A stretch of 64,000 nucleotides of DNA from Balanoglossus misakiensis (lineage: Eukaryota > Animalia > Hemichordata): the NCBI GenBank assembly GCA_040954595.2, contig CM082589.2:8130232-8194231 (forward strand), written 5' to 3'. The position numbers were made by a program, and so were the translations under genes. Shown in pieces: positions 61,601 through 64,000 of this stretch (position 1 is the stretch's first letter; each line of letters starts with the position of its first letter). Under the pieces are notes generated by a model, which ran no database searches, was not told the DNA's origin, and saw nothing but the letters and a program-made list of their open reading frames with translations.

Positions 61601-64000
61601 GGCTTTCAACTTCGTTCAATTAGTAACTTCTTTGAATTCCTGACACTGTTCCGAAGAAAAGGACACTGGTATGCCATAAAATCTATATTGAAGAAAAGTT
61701 TATAGTAGTAACTCCGCTACAGTCTGTATATAGTTACACATGATAGCGAGGGCAATATCACGATTTGAAGCCTGCACGAGGGATGGCGCTCTCTTACCAT
61801 AAAATTGATGATGCCCAAGCCGCAGCCGTGATATTGCCCTCGCTACCATGTGTTATTATTTAAATATATCACGGCCCGTTATACCACGTGTACCCGTCTG
61901 CGGGGGGGGGGGGGCATTGCTTCAATACATTTGTCATACAACGGTTACTTCGTTTTATAATGATAAAATACGAACTAAGGAATTTGCCGGGCGCCTGAGT
62001 ATGATTCGTGATAAATTTTTGGCCGTAGGCCCTATTGTCATATGTTATGACAATTCCCATATTATTCTCGTCATGAATTGCGTCAACTTAATAGTATCAA
62101 TAAATGTCTGCGTTCAAATATTGACCATGTGCTTTCTCTGCCAGACCACACTTCGTCAACATGATTTAACCGATCACATACTTGTCTCAAGAAAAAATGA
62201 TCTTTCCACTGAAAGTTGATTTGCTGAACTATTGGCAGGGTATATTGATGACATAACTGAACTCACTTTAATTGTATATTTTGTAATTGAACGGAAAATC
62301 TTAGCCTCTGTGTGCGCGCGGACGACAAGAGAAAGTTCATCCCTCGGCTGTACCAGACCTTCAGAACTTTCAACCAAAACCCAGCTTTCGGTGATATAGG
62401 CTTCAAATGGTCTGTCAAATTAATATAAACATCAAACGGCCGACACTCAACGTATTATCTGATTTTTTGTAAATCTAACGGAAGTAGATTTTGAAACATA
62501 TATTTACTTTCAGATTATGCAATTGCATTAGTTTTAGCTTTGAATGGTTGGAAAGGACGTCACAGGTTGGTGATATTAATTATGTATGAGACCACAGTTA
62601 ACAATCAATAGTTTATTGTTATGCTAATATCCACTTTTGCTGTTTACGTATCGTCGTTGGCAAAACTTCGCAATTTATCTGTATGCTGTATGAGAATGGT
62701 AGACACACGGAAAGCTTGTGAGAGAATAATGTAACAGGGATTCACCTACAACCAGTGCAGGAAATGATTTTGACCTCACACTGCAGCGGTTTACCCGTCA
62801 AATCCTCAAAGTGAAGTTCAACTGAATGGAGAAGTTACAATCCAGTTGCCCTGCGGGGAAGACGAGTCGTGTGCAGGGACGCTGGAAATGTGGCGGTGTT
62901 TTGATTACTCTCGTACTCTTGGTGAGTGGTGATGAGATAGTAAACTTATCAGATAAGAAGTTTTCCATAGTCTGTATCAAGCCTGTTGAACTCTCACCTT
63001 CGACAAGTAGTCTTCTAAGTTTGTTATGACTTCGACTGCCATGCTAAACACCCACATTTTTTCTTGTAATATCCTGTGATAGACATTGTACATCATCCAT
63101 TTGATGCTGTGGATGATAAAGATACCAGTATTTTCTATTTCTCCTTGTCAAGGAAGTTTGTAGTGTAGAGGGAAAATATATGAAAAATAGATTAATTGCC
63201 TCATAACCTGAACATGTACGTTCGTTTTCTTTCTTCAAACTAACCGCCTACATTATGAATGTCATTAATTCAACATTTTCTGCTCATTTAACGATGTTAA
63301 GTCTTTACAGCGATAAACAGTTAAATGTACAACAACGCGAAATCATTTTAAAATGATATTTTAATCGGTCTGTTTTTTCAGCTTCTCGTTCTTCCAGAAG
63401 CCAAAGCTCAAGGTAAGACAGTGTACGACATTTTTTACTTAAATCCTTAGAAAGAAATCGATGAGATACTGGTATCAAATATTCATAGGTTTGAGTAAAT
63501 TCACCTTTTGATGTTATACAGCTGTCTAAGGTAAAGGTCCAAATTGGAGGCTGCAGTTAAATTATCACCATTCAGATTAACAAAACTATCGAAACTATTT
63601 TGTCTGCGTAATCATGGATTTTTGGAAATGTTGCTTGCTATGGCAAATGTCATTGGGTTGCATGAATCAATAATTGAATCGACCAGACCTCAGTCTTAAA
63701 TACTTTAACATTGACATGATCTTTTATGTCTATAGTTTCACAAAATAATATTTTTTTCATGTTTGCATTTTCTCTTGACAAAAAATACCATTAAGAAATT
63801 TCCCCAAATATTGTTATAATCGTGTAAGTAGAATTAATCGATGCCGTTCAGTCTTCGTACGTTAGTTGTCTGTTGACCCCTTTATTGTGTGGTTTGTTAT
63901 CAAATTGAATGGAATATCGATCCGCGAGTGTCATTGCATAGTTACTCTCAGTCAGATAGTTCTTAATCGCGGGTGTGATTGAGGTAACCACTTTAAAACA

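Overview
Eukaryotic, intron-rich, AT-rich animal genomic DNA. The domain repertoire suggests a marine invertebrate, but the species cannot be fixed from the sequence. Four genes were reconstructed by hand from GT-AG splice sites and phase continuity. (1) The last three exons of a TRPC-type cation channel (+). (2, 3) Two tandem glycoside hydrolase family 9 (endo-beta-1,4-glucanase/cellulase) paralogs (-) with identical internal exon sizes and intact catalytic motifs. Neither has a visible signal peptide, both have lost conserved acidic motifs, and one ends in a CaaX prenylation box (KRCVIL*). (4) A ~35-kb, ~30-exon gene (-) for a secreted mosaic lectin of ~1750 aa: signal peptide, WSC, six F5/8C discoidin domains, two F-type (fucose) lectin domains and three short fibrinogen-N-like modules. 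A kringle and a FAMeT-like domain are inserted inside its sixth discoidin. The 3' end of gene 4 and the probable promoter of the GH9-2 gene lie in a near-identical 3.3-kb tandem duplication with a templated junction. Introns hold many non-autonomous DNA transposons (Harbinger-, Kolobok-, Tc1/mariner- and Academ-like), a Penelope-type hammerhead ribozyme insertion and very long (TACA)n microsatellites. Most long ORFs in the supplied track are microsatellite artefacts.
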